A stretch of 64,000 nucleotides of DNA from Trichoplax sp. H2 (Eukaryota): NCBI GenBank assembly GCA_003344405.1, contig NOWV01000010.1, positions 310,001 to 374,000 on the forward strand. The letters run 5' to 3'. Below the pieces are notes generated by a model. It did no database searches and was not told the DNA's origin. It saw only the letters and a program-made list of their open reading frames with translations. Every line of letters begins with the position of its first letter. Within the stretch, counting starts at the first letter, position 1. This document shows positions 24,802 to 39,399 of the stretch, piece after piece. A program made the translations under genes and the position numbers.

Positions 24802-27542
24802 TTGCTATTAATCAGTATAAAGATCAAATACTCATCTAATATATCGATTAATGCAAATCCGAACTCGTCTGCTACCTGTTAACTAGAATTAACGCTGATC
24901 TGATTAGCGAAATATTAATATTTTGTCTATAGTATAAAAAGAGCTAATATATATCTTTGTCAGCTAATACTGCAAATAAAAAGTATATGATTTAATTACT
25001 GGTAATCTATCAAAAACCATTTTATCCAAATAATCTATATATATTCATATTGTAAAACTAATGCAGTCAGAACATTTTACAATTTTGTTATTTGAAATCA
25101 TTCCTAAAGAGATTTGATTACTAATAGCTACATAAGTATACAAGTACTGTACAGTATCTTATTACTATGTTAAGTAATGGTATCAGAATTTGTCTACAGT
25201 ACTATCTACTTGATTAAAATTACTAATAAATTGATTAATGACAATCTATTTAACTACATCTAACGAAAGTATTTCAGCTGATACAACCATAGCTAGTCTT
25301 CAGCTTTGTTAATTAAGTTTACTTGTACTTAAGACGGTAATTAGTTAATGACCTGCACACGATATTACTTTAATAAACATACTATAGTACGGATAATCTT
25401 CTAAAAACATGATCTCTAACGTTTCACTCCAATACTACAGCTGGACAACCTCACTATATTAGTACGATAGCTTCTATCGCTATAAGGTTCTACTAACGAA
25501 CGAGAAAAGTGTGCAGGCCATTTGTTGGATTAAAGTCTCTTATTTTCCTACTGCTCTTTTTCAAATATCTAGCATCTAGCAGATATCTCAATTTACAAAC
25601 ACACTGAACATTTTTACTAATTTCGTTATACGCATATTTCAATAAATCTTACTTTTGTAACTCCTATACTTTGAATACGTTTAATCTAGAATTTTGCTTC
25701 TGGACCAACATACATTCTTCACGCAAAAACATCTGTATTTATATTTAATAACAAACTATAAAGTTGATGACTCTACATATACACAGTTAACTTTTATTTT
25801 AAGAACTATTAAAAAACATGATTTTATACCCATCATTAATATTAGCAAAAATGCAAAGCTGATCTTTGCAGAAAATGACAATGGCCAGATAGTGTTATAA
25901 CTCTGGCTGAAATAGCTACATTTACCTAGCAATGAATCTTGCAACATCAACATTAGTGCTGTATTTTCAAACTGATCATATGTGAGCTATTTCATATTGA
26001 AACAGAGAATAAATTAGGATTATCTCCATTTTTGAGAAAAGCCAATATTAATATTATAACCAAAATAAATTAACGTTAAAAGTTACTTGAGAAGGAAATA
26101 GACAATAGGCTAGTTGTATAAAATGACTAACTAGTTTCGACAATCAAGGTGAAATACGAAAATATGGCATGATCTGATATTGTATCAGAATAGTAGACAA
26201 AGTAGTATTAACACGAAAGTGTTAATTAGAAAAGGTATTATTCACTGGTACTTAATTAATCAGGATCGAAATTTACTATCTGGATTTAAGGCTATCATAT
26301 TAAGCTTGATGTAGTTAATATATTTCAAGACTATGGCAGAAAAAAAGTTGTTAAGAGCTTGCCAGACAAAATCTCGCTCATAATAGAAAGCTGAATTAAG
26401 TGATTTTTCTATATCATTAGGACTTTCAATAATTTTATATAACTAATGTAAGAAATAGATAAAATCTTTAAAGGGACACGATGCATTTATGAATTGATTT
26501 ATAATTGATAGCGGAAATTATGATTAATGGTTAGTAAATCAGCTGCTATAAAGATAATCTTATCATATTGGACACCTAGCTAAAATGAGAGTTTACTATC
26601 GTGAAATCGAAAGAATTCCTTAACTGCTGTAGGAAGTTACTGAGTAGCGATTGAGTTCCAAGTACATCGTGGAAATTTCCGAATGAAACAGTAGCAAAAC
26701 TGCTTAATGAAACCAGCTGTTGTAATATATAATCAGTAGCATTTAATATGTGCCAAAGGGTATCACTTATAAATATATTCTCTAATCATAAAATTTAAGG
26801 ATGGCTTTAACTCGAGAAAAGTGATACTCTCCAGATTTCGATCAGATGATATCAAATAGTAAAGGAAATCAGGGTCATCGTTATTTTTACCAATTTTCAT
26901 CAAATATTTAGAGATAACTTGGTCTAGAAGGGTAGAAAATTTAGATAGATTGAAAAAAGTCGTTTATAAAGTAATTTTAAACCTTCCTATGCTTGTGTCG
27001 ATAGTGCTTTTTATCCGCATTTTCTATCGGCTAAGGTTAAAGGTTGATGTAGTAATAAAAAGCACTAGCTATGTATCAAGTATTGAATTTCTACCAGATT
27101 AGATTATATGATCATTAAATCTTGATTAATAATATTAATTTTTGCCAATATTGGACATTAACTTGTCGGAATAGAAGGGCAGTAGCAGCAAGCTCTTATA
27201 TGAATGTTTTCCATGTTGAAGGCTAGTGTCATCGTAGAAAAGTGATATTTTTGATACGTGATAGGGCAGAGTAGTCAAGATCGGAACGTAAAATCTTGAT
27301 TCAATTTAATGACGATTACAGTCGTTGTAGAAAAGGATTATTATTTTTGGAAACATATGGCTCTAATAGTATGAAGATCGAGATATTCAAATCTAGATTA
27401 AATCCGTTAATGTCAATCCTAGTAAATATCCAAAGGTGATGTGGTCGAAAAGGAAGAATAGGAAGTGATAGTATATCGCTTATACAAGTAATTGTACGCC
27501 ATGCTTGTAACTACTGTCGTTAGCGTTATTAGTGACCATTTT

Positions 27543-28172
27543 TTACTCACAGTAGACAGCATAAACAACACATACAGCATATAATGAAGCATTTTGAAAG
27601 CAATAGGATGCATAATTATCCAGATTATCATCCCATAGACATTGGCTTGTTACAGATATACATTGTCCTGACTTTTGTCCTATATTGACATAACAAATTA
27701 ATCTATAACGTGGTAAGTGTAATTTTTTAACACCATCTTTAATTTTCTCCGCTAACTCAGAAGACTGCTGACGACAATAATCATGTTGGTAAGTTTTGTC
27801 ATCTAGTTCTTTATTAACGATGTGGCGTATAATTCTTTCTACATCTTCAGCAGGGAAAGCTGTTGTCGAGCGTATTTTATAAAGATCGGAGGCAGAACTA
27901 TTCGTATGTCGACTAGTTAACCTTGATGAATCTGCTGATCGTATAGGTTCAGCGGAATGGCAAACTTCACTTTCACCTCGAAAATCATCGCGCCGTCTAC
28001 GAGCCTGTTCAGTTATATGGATTGCTCTTCGTTTTAAATGTTGTGCTGTCCTTTTAGCTGACAGAAATCCCAACAGTAATGATGATTCATTGGAACTATC
28101 TAACCCACTATTGCCGTTGACAATATGGCTGATATCGAAAGCAGAACGTGATTTAGGAAGGCCGCTGGTCAT
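27543..28172 (-). CDS. Tctex1-domain dynein light chain (TCTEX1D1/TCTEX1D4-like), single coding exon, 209 aa
   Basis: C-terminal Tctex-1 domain: FPAEDVERIIRHIVNKELDDKTYQHDYCRQQSSELAEKIKDGVKKLHLPRYRLICYVNIGQKSGQCISVTSQCLWDDNLDNYASYCFQNASLYAVCVVYAVYCE*. The first ATG after an in-frame upstream stop is at 28172 (the track's 28181 start is GTG). Confidence 0.93.
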   Translation of the reverse strand: MTSGLPKSRSAFDISHIVNGNSGLDSSNESSLLLGFLSAKRTAQHLKRRAIHITEQARRRRDDFRGESEVCHSAEPIRSADSSRLTSRHTNSSASDLYKIRSTTAFPAEDVERIIRHIVNKELDDKTYQHDYCRQQSSELAEKIKDGVKKLHLPRYRLICYVNIGQKSGQCISVTSQCLWDDNLDNYASYCFQNASLYAVCVVYAVYCE

Positions 28173-31100
28173 CTTGGACACTGTTCTAATTTTTCTTTCC
28201 TTCTATTTTAATGGTTAAGGTTAAAAATCAAATCAATTTTAACGTAAGTCAATAAACTGATATGTAAGGTAAATTTCAATCAATGCAGTCGGCCGACTTA
28301 GGATAACAATTTTTAACTTGATTAATTCTTCCCTGGTGGTCCTTAATCTTTTATCTTTGTATAATGCTTCTATATAGAAAAAGGTAAAAATTGAATAAAA
28401 GTATTTCTTAGTCCTGTAGTAGTCTATTTCGTAAACTTGCGCTGTCCTAGGAGGAGGTAGATTTCTTTATGTTCTCGTTAATTGAACATTACAGTGGTTA
28501 TTTTTTTTAGAATTATCCCATTGTATCAGTTTTGAAAAGAGTCTTCAATTTTCTTATAAAGAATGTAAGCATTGTACTTGCTTCTTTTGCTTGTCATCGC
28601 ACAAATAACATCCGACAATTCTAATAATGGTTGTTATGTTTCCAGTGGATCCAATAAAGCTCGCAGTTGAATGTGAAAGGTTAGAATAGGGAATATCTAG
28701 TATACTTGTCGTCAGAATTGGATAGAAGCAGACATATTCTTGTCGTGGCTATTATTTTTTCATAACCGATAACAATACGGTAACTCTAGTAACACTATAT
28801 ATTTATCTTAATATAAAATCCCATATAATAACATATCCATTAATATCTCATTTGAATCAAATGACACTTAAACCTTAGACCGACTAGTAAATTTATTAGC
28901 ACTGTTGATTAATTGATTTTCCTCCATCAATAATGTAATATCAATGAAAATTATGCAAGCTACAGCTCTAAAATAGATAGTTTATTGATATTTATAGACA
29001 ATAAATAAAAAGTAAAGAGCGTATGTATTTCATTTCGAATAATACATATATATCATTCATACTTAGTCTTCATGAACGGTATTTGCTGATGCAGTATGCC
29101 CATCTGCTATACTATCAAAATTGAAGTTGTTCACCTAGTTTAATCCCTTTGTCAGCAATGCAATATCAAGGAAGAAAGGATAACTTTAACCGAAGCTGCT
29201 ACGATATGACGAACATTTAGACATTATTTTAGTATAGATGAGATAGTATGACTTGAAATTTATTTTAAGAGAAAATACATTGCATCTAAAAAGGGACAAA
29301 TTCTCATTTTGCTATGCTTATTGTTAGTTGTTATCAATACTCTTGAATGATATATTCAAGTAATGTTTACTATAAAGTAAACGAAATTAAAAATCTTAAA
29401 CCAATTACTTATTTTATTCTATAAAAGTAGTACGTATACGGTACACGACTCTATTTCAATATTTGATATAATTGAATAACAGAACCTGATCTGAAATGAT
29501 AAAATTTGAGTGTATCAATGTTTACTAATTTATGGTTGCGCTGCAAATCCTATAAATCGGTTTCTATGGATAAAAATAGATAATTCTGTTATTCCTTTTA
29601 CTATTGTTTATGTAACCATATTAATTCTTCTTGGTAAACATATCAAATTCTTGCCAACTAAAGCTTTCATAAATGTGATTATCAGTAACGCAATTTCATA
29701 TAATAATTCTTTGATGTTCCAACATCAGAGCCTGAATGATGGTTTAATGGTAGCGAAACTTAGGAAACCTAATTAGATCAAGGAAGGGAACAGACGAATT
29801 ATTCACTTTTACCGAAATTTATTGCTCAGTAGCTAAAAAGGACTGGTAATGATGGCTAAAAATTCAGATGTAGAATACTGCATCGTTTATTGATAAACTT
29901 GATAGAAGGGTCTAAAGCTGGCTACTCAGGCGTATATTACAATCTTCTCAATGGTTAGCAAGCTCATATATTTATGTTAAGTAATTTATGGACAATGTCT
30001 TATTTTAGTTTAATATAGTCAACTGAGTCAATTCTGAGGTATGAATACGATCGCTTATTTTGCCGGTAATCTGTCTATCATTTTACGACTGTACTGTTGT
30101 TTACATAATTATAGAACTCAGAAATAGAGCTACCGCAATACTATTACTGTACTATTGTTACTTTCAGCTATAAGATTATTGAGATACCGATATTGGATAG
30201 GTAATCAACAATATCATGCTTTTTATGTTTTCTTGTGAGAGCTGATAGTTTACTATTATATAATATTAAATTAGAAATACCAGTGTAGTGTGAATAGACA
30301 TCTAACTAACTTTGATCACATCATTGGTTATATAAAACATTATATTGTTTCTCAGCAAGTTCGGGCACTCCATATTCTTTGAGCATGTCCTCTTAACAAT
30401 CCTTTCTCCTGACTGTTTGATGAGTGTATTACCGAATGTAGTGTGCTTAATTTTGTAATGGTTATTCGTATATTTAGATTAATTAGTAAAATTTAGAAGC
30501 CGTATGTTACAGACTATAGTTTATTAAGCAGAAGATTGTAAAATTAGAATATAATGCAGAAAAATATATATAACGTAGTTGTTGATTCTAGGGATACGAA
30601 ATAAAAATAATTTACTACTTAACTCTTGCACGTACAAGCTTCATTAACCAATATTTAATGATTTACGATTAACCTGAATACTAACTAGCATTTATTATAT
30701 AGCATATAAGTGTTTTAACCATCGATTCTAGTTGAGAAATATTTATATCAGGACATTGGTACATTTTGTAGTCAAAATTCGATAGAGTTACTGTTTATAT
30801 GCTTAGATAATATCTCGAGGCGATATTAATATAGAGCTCTTAGCTTATCTGAGTACCTTATGCGATATGGATAATGAACAAGGATAATACTGTAGATGCG
30901 AATTGATAACATAGCACAAAGATCTTATATATAATTAAAGTAACTATCTTCAGAATGAATTTAATTATAAATCTAAACGTTCTTGTAATAATATTGCAAA
31001 TCGAGAAAAGCATAAAATAAAGCTGAAATATTATTGTTCTTGTCGTATTATAAATTACCTTTGTCATCATTATTGTATACACGCAATATAGGGGGCGTCG

Positions 31101-34100
31101 TCGCTATAGTGACAGACACTAAGATTTATAAAAAGAAGCTGAAATTACAATTATCTTTTGGTTTTCAGAAATGACTATATTTCAACTGATTTAATGAAGT
31201 TAGCGGTAGGTAGGCACTTTGATCAGTCTATAGCGTACGATATATAATTGTGTTAGTCATTTCATCATGATCTAGTTTTTGCTACTGCACTCTTGGCATA
31301 ATTTCGTAGTCTAATAGTCATTGAAGGTCGAATAATAATAATTATCGATTTATATCAGCCTGTAGCATTTATTAAGAGATTATTTTATATTAGCATGGTA
31401 TTTCATACCTAGGATTTCCTCCTGTATCATTCGGTTAAGGCTAAACTATTTCTAAGTCTGCTAATGCTTTATAATTTAGCAGAAGTTGGAAAAATTTATC
31501 TACTAAACAGTTGAATCATTGCAGAGGAAATGAGACATATGAATTTCTATGGGATCTATTCGAAATTTTTACGTTCTATTAAATACTGAAAAATAGAAAA
31601 AGAGATTTTTATATTTAATAAAGATATGGATGTCCCTTATGTAGCAATAATGGGCCATGTATGTATGGTACATGATATTGCCGAGATCTAACAGCATCAA
31701 TAATGAAGACTTAGTGTATTATATAGTGTATTCGATATTGACTATATTTATTAATGAAGTAAACGGGATTATTGCATTATAGAGTTGCTTCTTTCCAAGT
31801 AGTTGCAGCTTACATTTATCCGGGCATTATTATCAACAAGTACCGTCGTATTAAAAATATCACTGACCTATACAGTCAAACATTGGTAATTATTGTTGTA
31901 AAGACTGTTGTATTGAACGATGTATCATTTTCTATTAAGTCTAGTGCATCTAGTCTGTACGACCAGGCTTAGACCACTACTTGTGCTGACATTTCGAATG
32001 TGCTAAGATTACGCAGTGCAGTATCTATGATACAGAATAACTATGTTAGGACCATAGGGAAGAACCTCTATGGGTTAGAACTTTTAAGTATTAGGAAAGC
32101 TTACTGTAGATAATTATGCAGACACTCTACGATATAATCCGGCCTCGAGGGATAAAAGCCGGGAGTTTTTAAGGGAGGAAGGGGTTGCCAATTATTAATA
32201 ATTGCTATTTGATGCTAAGTTGGCTGTAATAATAGTTTCTATGATAATGTTCGGTAATCTTCTGTTACTAAAGTAGAATTAAAATATTAAATAGCTGATT
32301 TCAATAAATAATTTTATATACGAAGAAAGAACATTATTCTAGAGACATTATTTGCAATACGTGCATTATACTGTACACACGCTAAACATCTCATAGATGA
32401 TAATTCTTCTATATACCGTATGCAAGTGGTAGAGGTTTATGGCAAACGGACATTTACATACCTATATTATTGATCTTGCTAGATTGCAATAAAATTATTC
32501 GTTAAAAAATTTCAATTTCAATGAATAAGTTGTAATATGCGTGTACATACAGCACAATATACTATGCAGAGGACAGGTACTGGTAAAGTAGATAGCTTGG
32601 ATGATCCGAAAGCATTTCCCAGTGCTGCATGTGTGTGTTTGTGTATTATCTAGCATATGTATATGTATTATTAAAATTCTTACGTCTTGACTTTATCCGC
32701 GGGAAAATGGTACATATATATCATATACATACTCGTATGTGCTGTACTCATGACTACTATGATGTCATCTTTATTAAAGAGTACGAAATAAAAATTAGGA
32801 ATCATCTACTACGCTTCGTAGTCTTCTACTTCTTTTCATCTACCACACCTATTTTTCTCACAGTATAAAAAATACTAAACTAATATGTTTTAGTATTTAA
32901 TATTAAAATCGATGCTGTACTAGGAAACATATTGTAGCACTAGGTAACAGTAAATTGTATTTATATAACCGTGCCTTTCAATCATTTCAGTATTTTCTAT
33001 TTACGATCTCTCTATGATAATACAACGGTTGACTTACTGCATAATTAATGAGTACAGTTTTATTAATGGCTATAATGGTACTATCGAAAAATGCTATAGT
33101 CCTTCCAATAGTAGTACCGGTACTGTATATGCTATAACTATACGCACACAACACCTATGGCTCTGATTGTATCTAGATAATAAAAGGAAGAATACGATTT
33201 ACGGCAAGCGCCTATGGATAGATTTCTTTTCTCTGTAACGATAGTTAACGGTATGTTGAACAGATAAAAGTATAATATAGATGAATAGTTATGAAATGCA
33301 ATTACTTACGTTGAAAGTTAAGCAATCTAATTTGAGCCAAGAGCAATACTACTACAAACTTTACTGTATGCTGTATTTATATAGATATGAGTATAAATTA
33401 ATTGAAGATAGCTATATTTAAATAACGGCGTTGTTAATGTATTCTTTTAAACCTACATATAGATCATTAGGCCATAGCTATCACACCATATGATCATTAA
33501 CAAATAAAGTCATTTTAATATACCTTTTATGACTATACTTAGGCTACTAGCGCACCCCTATATTACTTTAAAAGCAAAGCATTAATTATTGTACTGTATT
33601 TGTAGTTATTAGGAGTTTGTCAAGTAGGCCTATACTTGTACTATAGTAAGATTGCTATACGACTTGATGTTATTCTAGAAGTAGTATGCTGTACAGTACT
33701 ATGTGAGCATACTTAAGTTAAGTAGCCAGTCATTCCATGCATGCTAAATGATATTACTGTATCGTGAATGATTGATTGATTGCTACATTATTGGATACGT
33801 TATATTGGGCGTACTATAAGCGGTATTGTCCATTCTATGGGATAATTTGGCAATATTGTTGACTTAATGTATCAATAGTTAATGAAATAACTGCGGCACC
33901 GAGTGATTCAAAGACATTATTAATCATTAATCAGAATTATTAGAAAGTTTCTTGTCCGTTATTATCTAGACGGTATTTTTAGGTTTAGTTGCAGTTGTTA
34001 ATATTTCATAATCTATTTCCTTTCCTTTTTTACGTTAGAATTGTAATGAGACTGTAAAATTATCCACAAATCTTTCTCTTAATATATCAATCACTGGTGT

Positions 34101-34153
34101 TGGATAATTACCGTCAGGTCTAATTACCGTAGTAAAGGAAGAGAAAAACGCTT

Positions 34154-37100
34154 ATGCTGAAACGAATCATGGATTGTCGTCATGGTTTTACTAACGGAGA
34201 TCATCAAGTTCATTTCGTAAAAAGAATAACTAGATTGAAGATAGCAGATCATGATGATTTTCCTGAAGATGATACTAATGAATCCAATCGAGAGGGCAAA
34301 CTTAAACGCTGCTTAAATACATTTGATTTAACTGCTTTAGGGATAGGAAGTACATTAGGTGCTGGTGTCTACGTTATTACTGGCCAAGTAGCGCGTCAAT
34401 CGGCGGGACCGTCAGTGATTATTGCTTTTGCCATTGCCGCTTTTGCTTCGGCTTTAGCCGCTTTATGTTATGCTGAGTTTGGCTCTCGAATTACTAAAAC
34501 TGGATCAGCTTATGTCTACAGTTATGTTACTGTTGGTGAATTGATTGCTTTTATAATCGGATGGAATCTCATTTTAGAATATGCTATCTCTGTGGCATCG
34601 GTAGCCCGTGCTTGGAGTGGTAATCTTGATTCATTAGCCAATCACGCTATATCCAACTATTTTCAAAAGCATCTCAGCTGGCATGCTCCTGGTTTAGCCT
34701 CTTATCCCGATTTTCTGGCTTTTGCAATCGTGATTATATTTACAATCACTTTAAGTACTGGCGTTAAAGCTTCTTCGACTATAAATAATATCTTTACCGT
34801 GACTAATTTAATGGTGATCACATTTGTTTTTTCATGCGGGATGTTTTACGCCGATATTCAAAACTGGAACATTCCCAATTCTTCTATTCCACACCCTGGT
34901 CCCTATCCTTTACAAGGTTATGGTGGATTTACACCATTTGGCATTGGTGGTTTATTAACTGGTGCTGCTACTAGTTTCTATGCTTACGTTGGTTTTGATG
35001 CGATATGTACAACTAGTGAGGAAGTCCGTAATCCTCAACGTGTTGTACCCTTAAGTATTTTACTAACGTTAGTTGTCTGCTTTATAGCTTATTCATCAAT
35101 CTCCATAGTTATTACATTAATGGTGCCCTACTATAAAATTGATCCCAAGGCTCCTTTACCACAAGTATTTGCTTTGAAAGGGGTTAAAGTTGCTCAATAT
35201 ATTATCTCTGTGGGTGCTTTCTGTGGTCTGTCAGCGTCGATTATGGGGTCAGTATTTCCATTGCCTAGAGTGATTTTTGCCATGTCTCGTGATGGCTTGC
35301 TATTCAAGTAAGTGATAGAGTAAAGCTTTAATATTTAATAGGTTGATATAGATTTGCATAAATAGCTTCATTTAGAGAGTAGTAGGTTACATTGGTAGTT
35401 TTTGGAGGTTAATCTATTCTCAAAATTCGATGAACTTGATGTAATTACTGTTGCAATTTAACTCTTGACCGCGGCGCGTGTTAAGATAAACTACTGCATA
35501 TTGGATATTCTAAGCAGGGCTCAATCCTGTATCGTCATTTTTATACAGTTCTATAATATGGATACAATTAAAAACTTGAGCTAAAAAAGAAAAATGATTT
35601 GAAGATATTGATAGATAAAAAGTGAAATTGCCTTTCTACCTGGCAATAGAATAACTAGCTATTTTAATAGATCAGCCACGATCTAACAGGAAAAATAGTT
35701 AAGACTACGTATGATACTATCACCTTTATACAGTTACTAAGTAAATGTACGAATAAAATTAAAATAAAAGGCCATCTAAAGATGCTGATCGATTAAAAGT
35801 ACAGCATACTATAGTCCTGAAGATAGTCCTTGAGTTCGCATCCTTTTTATTTTTATTACGCTAACATGTGAGTGAAATTATAGTTAAGATATAAAATTAT
35901 CTAAAGATAGCGATATATTAAAGGTAAGGCATATTTCATATTGAAGACAACTTTTAATTCTTTTTCGTTCTGATACAATTATTAAGTAGATTTACGAATA
36001 TATTATTGATTATAATGATCAACTATCTAAAGAATTAAACAGATTAAAGGCTAAGCTTTCTTTTCGCTCGTAGTGATGTAATAACTAATAGATCAATAAA
36101 TGATCTAACAGCGATTAAATTGCTTAATTTGCTCTTAACTTATGGCTTTTTTGGATAGGATACTTGGTAGAGTCCATGATAGATTCAAGACGCCATTGTA
36201 TGCTACCGTCGTATCAGGAATATTCTGTTCAATCGTGGCTCTGATTTTTGATATAGCAGCATTAGTTAATATGATGTCTATTGGTACGCTCTTGGCCTAT
36301 ATTTTAGTTTCGGCATCGATATTAATCCTACATTATCAGCCTAGTGATCATAGTATTGGACAATCCTTACAAGATGATAACCAGATCGAACTGATTCAAC
36401 ATGCAACTACACAACCGCAGAATGAAGAAAATGATGGATTACAAAATCAATCAGCACTTCATGATTATGGATCAGTTAATAACAATGGTGTAGAATTTAA
36501 GAGTAATTTAGGTGATAAATCATCTGAAAATGATCTAATTTTGCCCGATAATAATCAGCTAAGTGATACTTTAAGTGATATTGACGATGATAAAATTGAT
36601 GATGAAGACCAACCAACATCCCAAAGTGGCAGGACAGTTATCAAATGTGTCACCGCCCTAAGTGCTGCTATTTTAGCACTAAATCTCATTCTTATTAAAT
36701 TAATCAACCAATTACTCAATCGTACATGGTGGGCGATTCTTTTAGTCTGCACTCTAGTTCTATTGATATTAATAGTGATATATATTATCGTGAGACAGCC
36801 TAAAAACCGGCAAAAATTAAAATTTAAAGTGCCATTAGTTCCATTTATACCCATTTTAAGTTTATTTATTAACCTCTTTTTAATTTTAAAATTGCCTACA
36901 GCTACGTGGATACGATTCGCTATTTGGATGGCTATTGGTAAGTATTAAGCAGTGGAAATTAGAAAGATATTATGAACTTTGTTCAATATGCAGCGTAATT
37001 GTAGTTACACTTTCATTAAAGCTTATTAATTATCCGTACATTGTAGGTTTCAGTATTTATTTCGGTTATGGAATGTGGCATAGCGTGGAAGAAAGGCAAA

Positions 37101-37174
37101 TGCGATTTTGTCACAAGCTACCATTGAATGACGATGATGAAGATGATGATCACTTTAGAACGAAGAGAGATTAA
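34154..37174 (+). CDS. Cationic amino acid transporter (SLC7A1-4/SLC7A14 CAT family, APC superfamily), 3 coding exons, 686 aa
   Basis: Exons 34154-35307, 36159-36937 and 37047-37174 join in frame (2061 nt). Motifs: LKRCLNTFDLTALGIGSTLGAGVYV, ALCYAEFGSR, GSAYVYSYVTVGELIAFIIGWNLILEY, FYAYVGFDAICT, PLPRVIFAMSRDGLLFK, MMSIGTLLAY, FKVPLVPFIP and [20 protein letters not shown]. Confidence 0.96.
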
Positions 37175-39399
37175 TAATTATCTATCTTAAGTTAATTTAT
37201 ATATTTTCCAATTACAAAGTGGTCTTGCCAGTGTGTACAGTAGTAGCAATGCTTCTGTTAGTTAATCCTCTTTGCTTCGCCATAAATACTGTGAAATGAT
37301 TATATTATCTTATTGATATAAATGGACGAAAAAGACCTTCTACATCTAACTTTAAGTGATAGCTTATTTTTTTTGCCTCTAATTTGCTCCTATTAGATAA
37401 GATCCTAATCTATTTATTTACGTTACCGTGTCAACTTCTAAAATACATTTAATAAATTTCCGTGCTGAATGTAGTACTTTATCTATCAAATAAATCAATT
37501 AGTGGTGCTATAGTAGCACGATATAGCCGTCATTTGTGTATGTTAATATGGGATTTGTACACGGATTAAGAGATCTTTAAATATCGTGCATGAGAAAGCT
37601 TGTATACCATCGAAAGTATTGCTGGCGGGCTTGAAAAATAATATTGTGTATGAATTGCGGTTTATCCGATTAAATATAAAGACTTAAAAATATTTCTCTA
37701 TTCGATTATAGAGTCCTGTGGCTATATTTATGTTCGCAGGACTATAAATTTTCGTTGTAAAATATTAGTATAACAGGAAGAGAATATCAGGAGCAGGCTT
37801 GGAAGTAATCAATAAATACAGCAGTAATTTATGTATAAGGGCATTTGCAATAGTTTCTATTTGATCTTACATTGGCAAACAAGTTACTAGTGAAATGATA
37901 GCAAAAGAGAAATAGAATAGCAAATTGCAATTTAGACAATTAGCGGTAGGATATAGCTACTTTACGGCGTTTCTAGTAAATAAGTTTGACATAAACTTGT
38001 TACTGTTAAATCTTTGATGTGATCGTTTGCTAACAATAATGGTGTAACTGCTTAAATCTTAAGAACCCTAGAATAAATCGATTTTTACAAATTATGTAAT
38101 ACAGTAGTCATCGCACGCATGATAACAGACAAATGACTCGATGTACTAGATTGGACATGATAATAGTCTTAAAAAATAGTGTTAAAAACTAATAGACAAC
38201 AGAATGAATGAAGTACACAAACGGACTATTCGTTTGAGTTAGTTGGGAATAGGACTCTTTTATTACAAATAATCTGTCATATGAATAGTACAGGATACAG
38301 AAATTTTAGACTGTATATCCTTATTTTAACAAGTAATATACAGGGTAAAAACTGAAACAGATACAGGAAATGATTGCTACATTTGTAAATTATCAAATAT
38401 TTCAAGCTTTGCTGACAGAACTTTACGTCAGACTTAATTGATATAGTGCTACCAGTAAGTAATAATGTAGTGTTGCATGTCGGTACTTAGTACACAAAAT
38501 GGCGGCAAAGTTACTTTGCTATAAATCAAAACATTACGTATCCAATACATTACACAAATTACCAATACGGCATATACGTTTGTACGAGAAGGTTGTGAAG
38601 CTATAGGTTATAAATTTCGAACTTTGTATTATATACTCGTATTGATAAATTTATGCCATTTACCGTAGAGTACGATGTTGCTGGTTATAAATAGTTTTAA
38701 AATATAATTCGAGGGACATTTAATTAACTGCCATCTAATAAATAATCTTTCATCTGATGCAAAAGAATGTTAGAAAGCAATATTGGATGACAGACTAATT
38801 ATTCGTATCAAGCGTATAACGGGTATTTTTTATATTATACAGTCTTATAAAAGCCTATATACGCGTAGATATATTTAAGCATACATATATATGTAATTGG
38901 TTATCTTATTGAATGGCATAGTTAGTATTATTTAATAAATGCCAGCATCAAGGTCTATAATCCAATATACAGTATGTACAAAGATAGCTTGCTTTTAATA
39001 TCGCAATAAGAAAAGGGCTTAAGCGATAGGATAACGTACGATCGACACAATGGACTGAGTTATGCCGTTATAAACTCATTCTAAGGTGTTGTGTCGATAG
39101 CAAATACCACGGCGAGTTGACAAATAAACGTATTCATTAAACTGATTGTTCCGGTATACTATAATTATGGAACAAATATGTATCAGATATATAGGCAAAT
39201 TTGCAATAAATTTACAATAAATAAAATTAACAGGCAATTAAACAGTAAAACATTTGGTATCGAAAAGAAAGACAGAAAAACAAGTAAAATATTACGTGGG
39301 CTTCAAGCATGTTTGTATCTAATAGCGTTTTAATAACAATACTACAACATCTTTGAATAGGTCTATTTTGAGGAGATACAAAATGATTCATCACTATGC

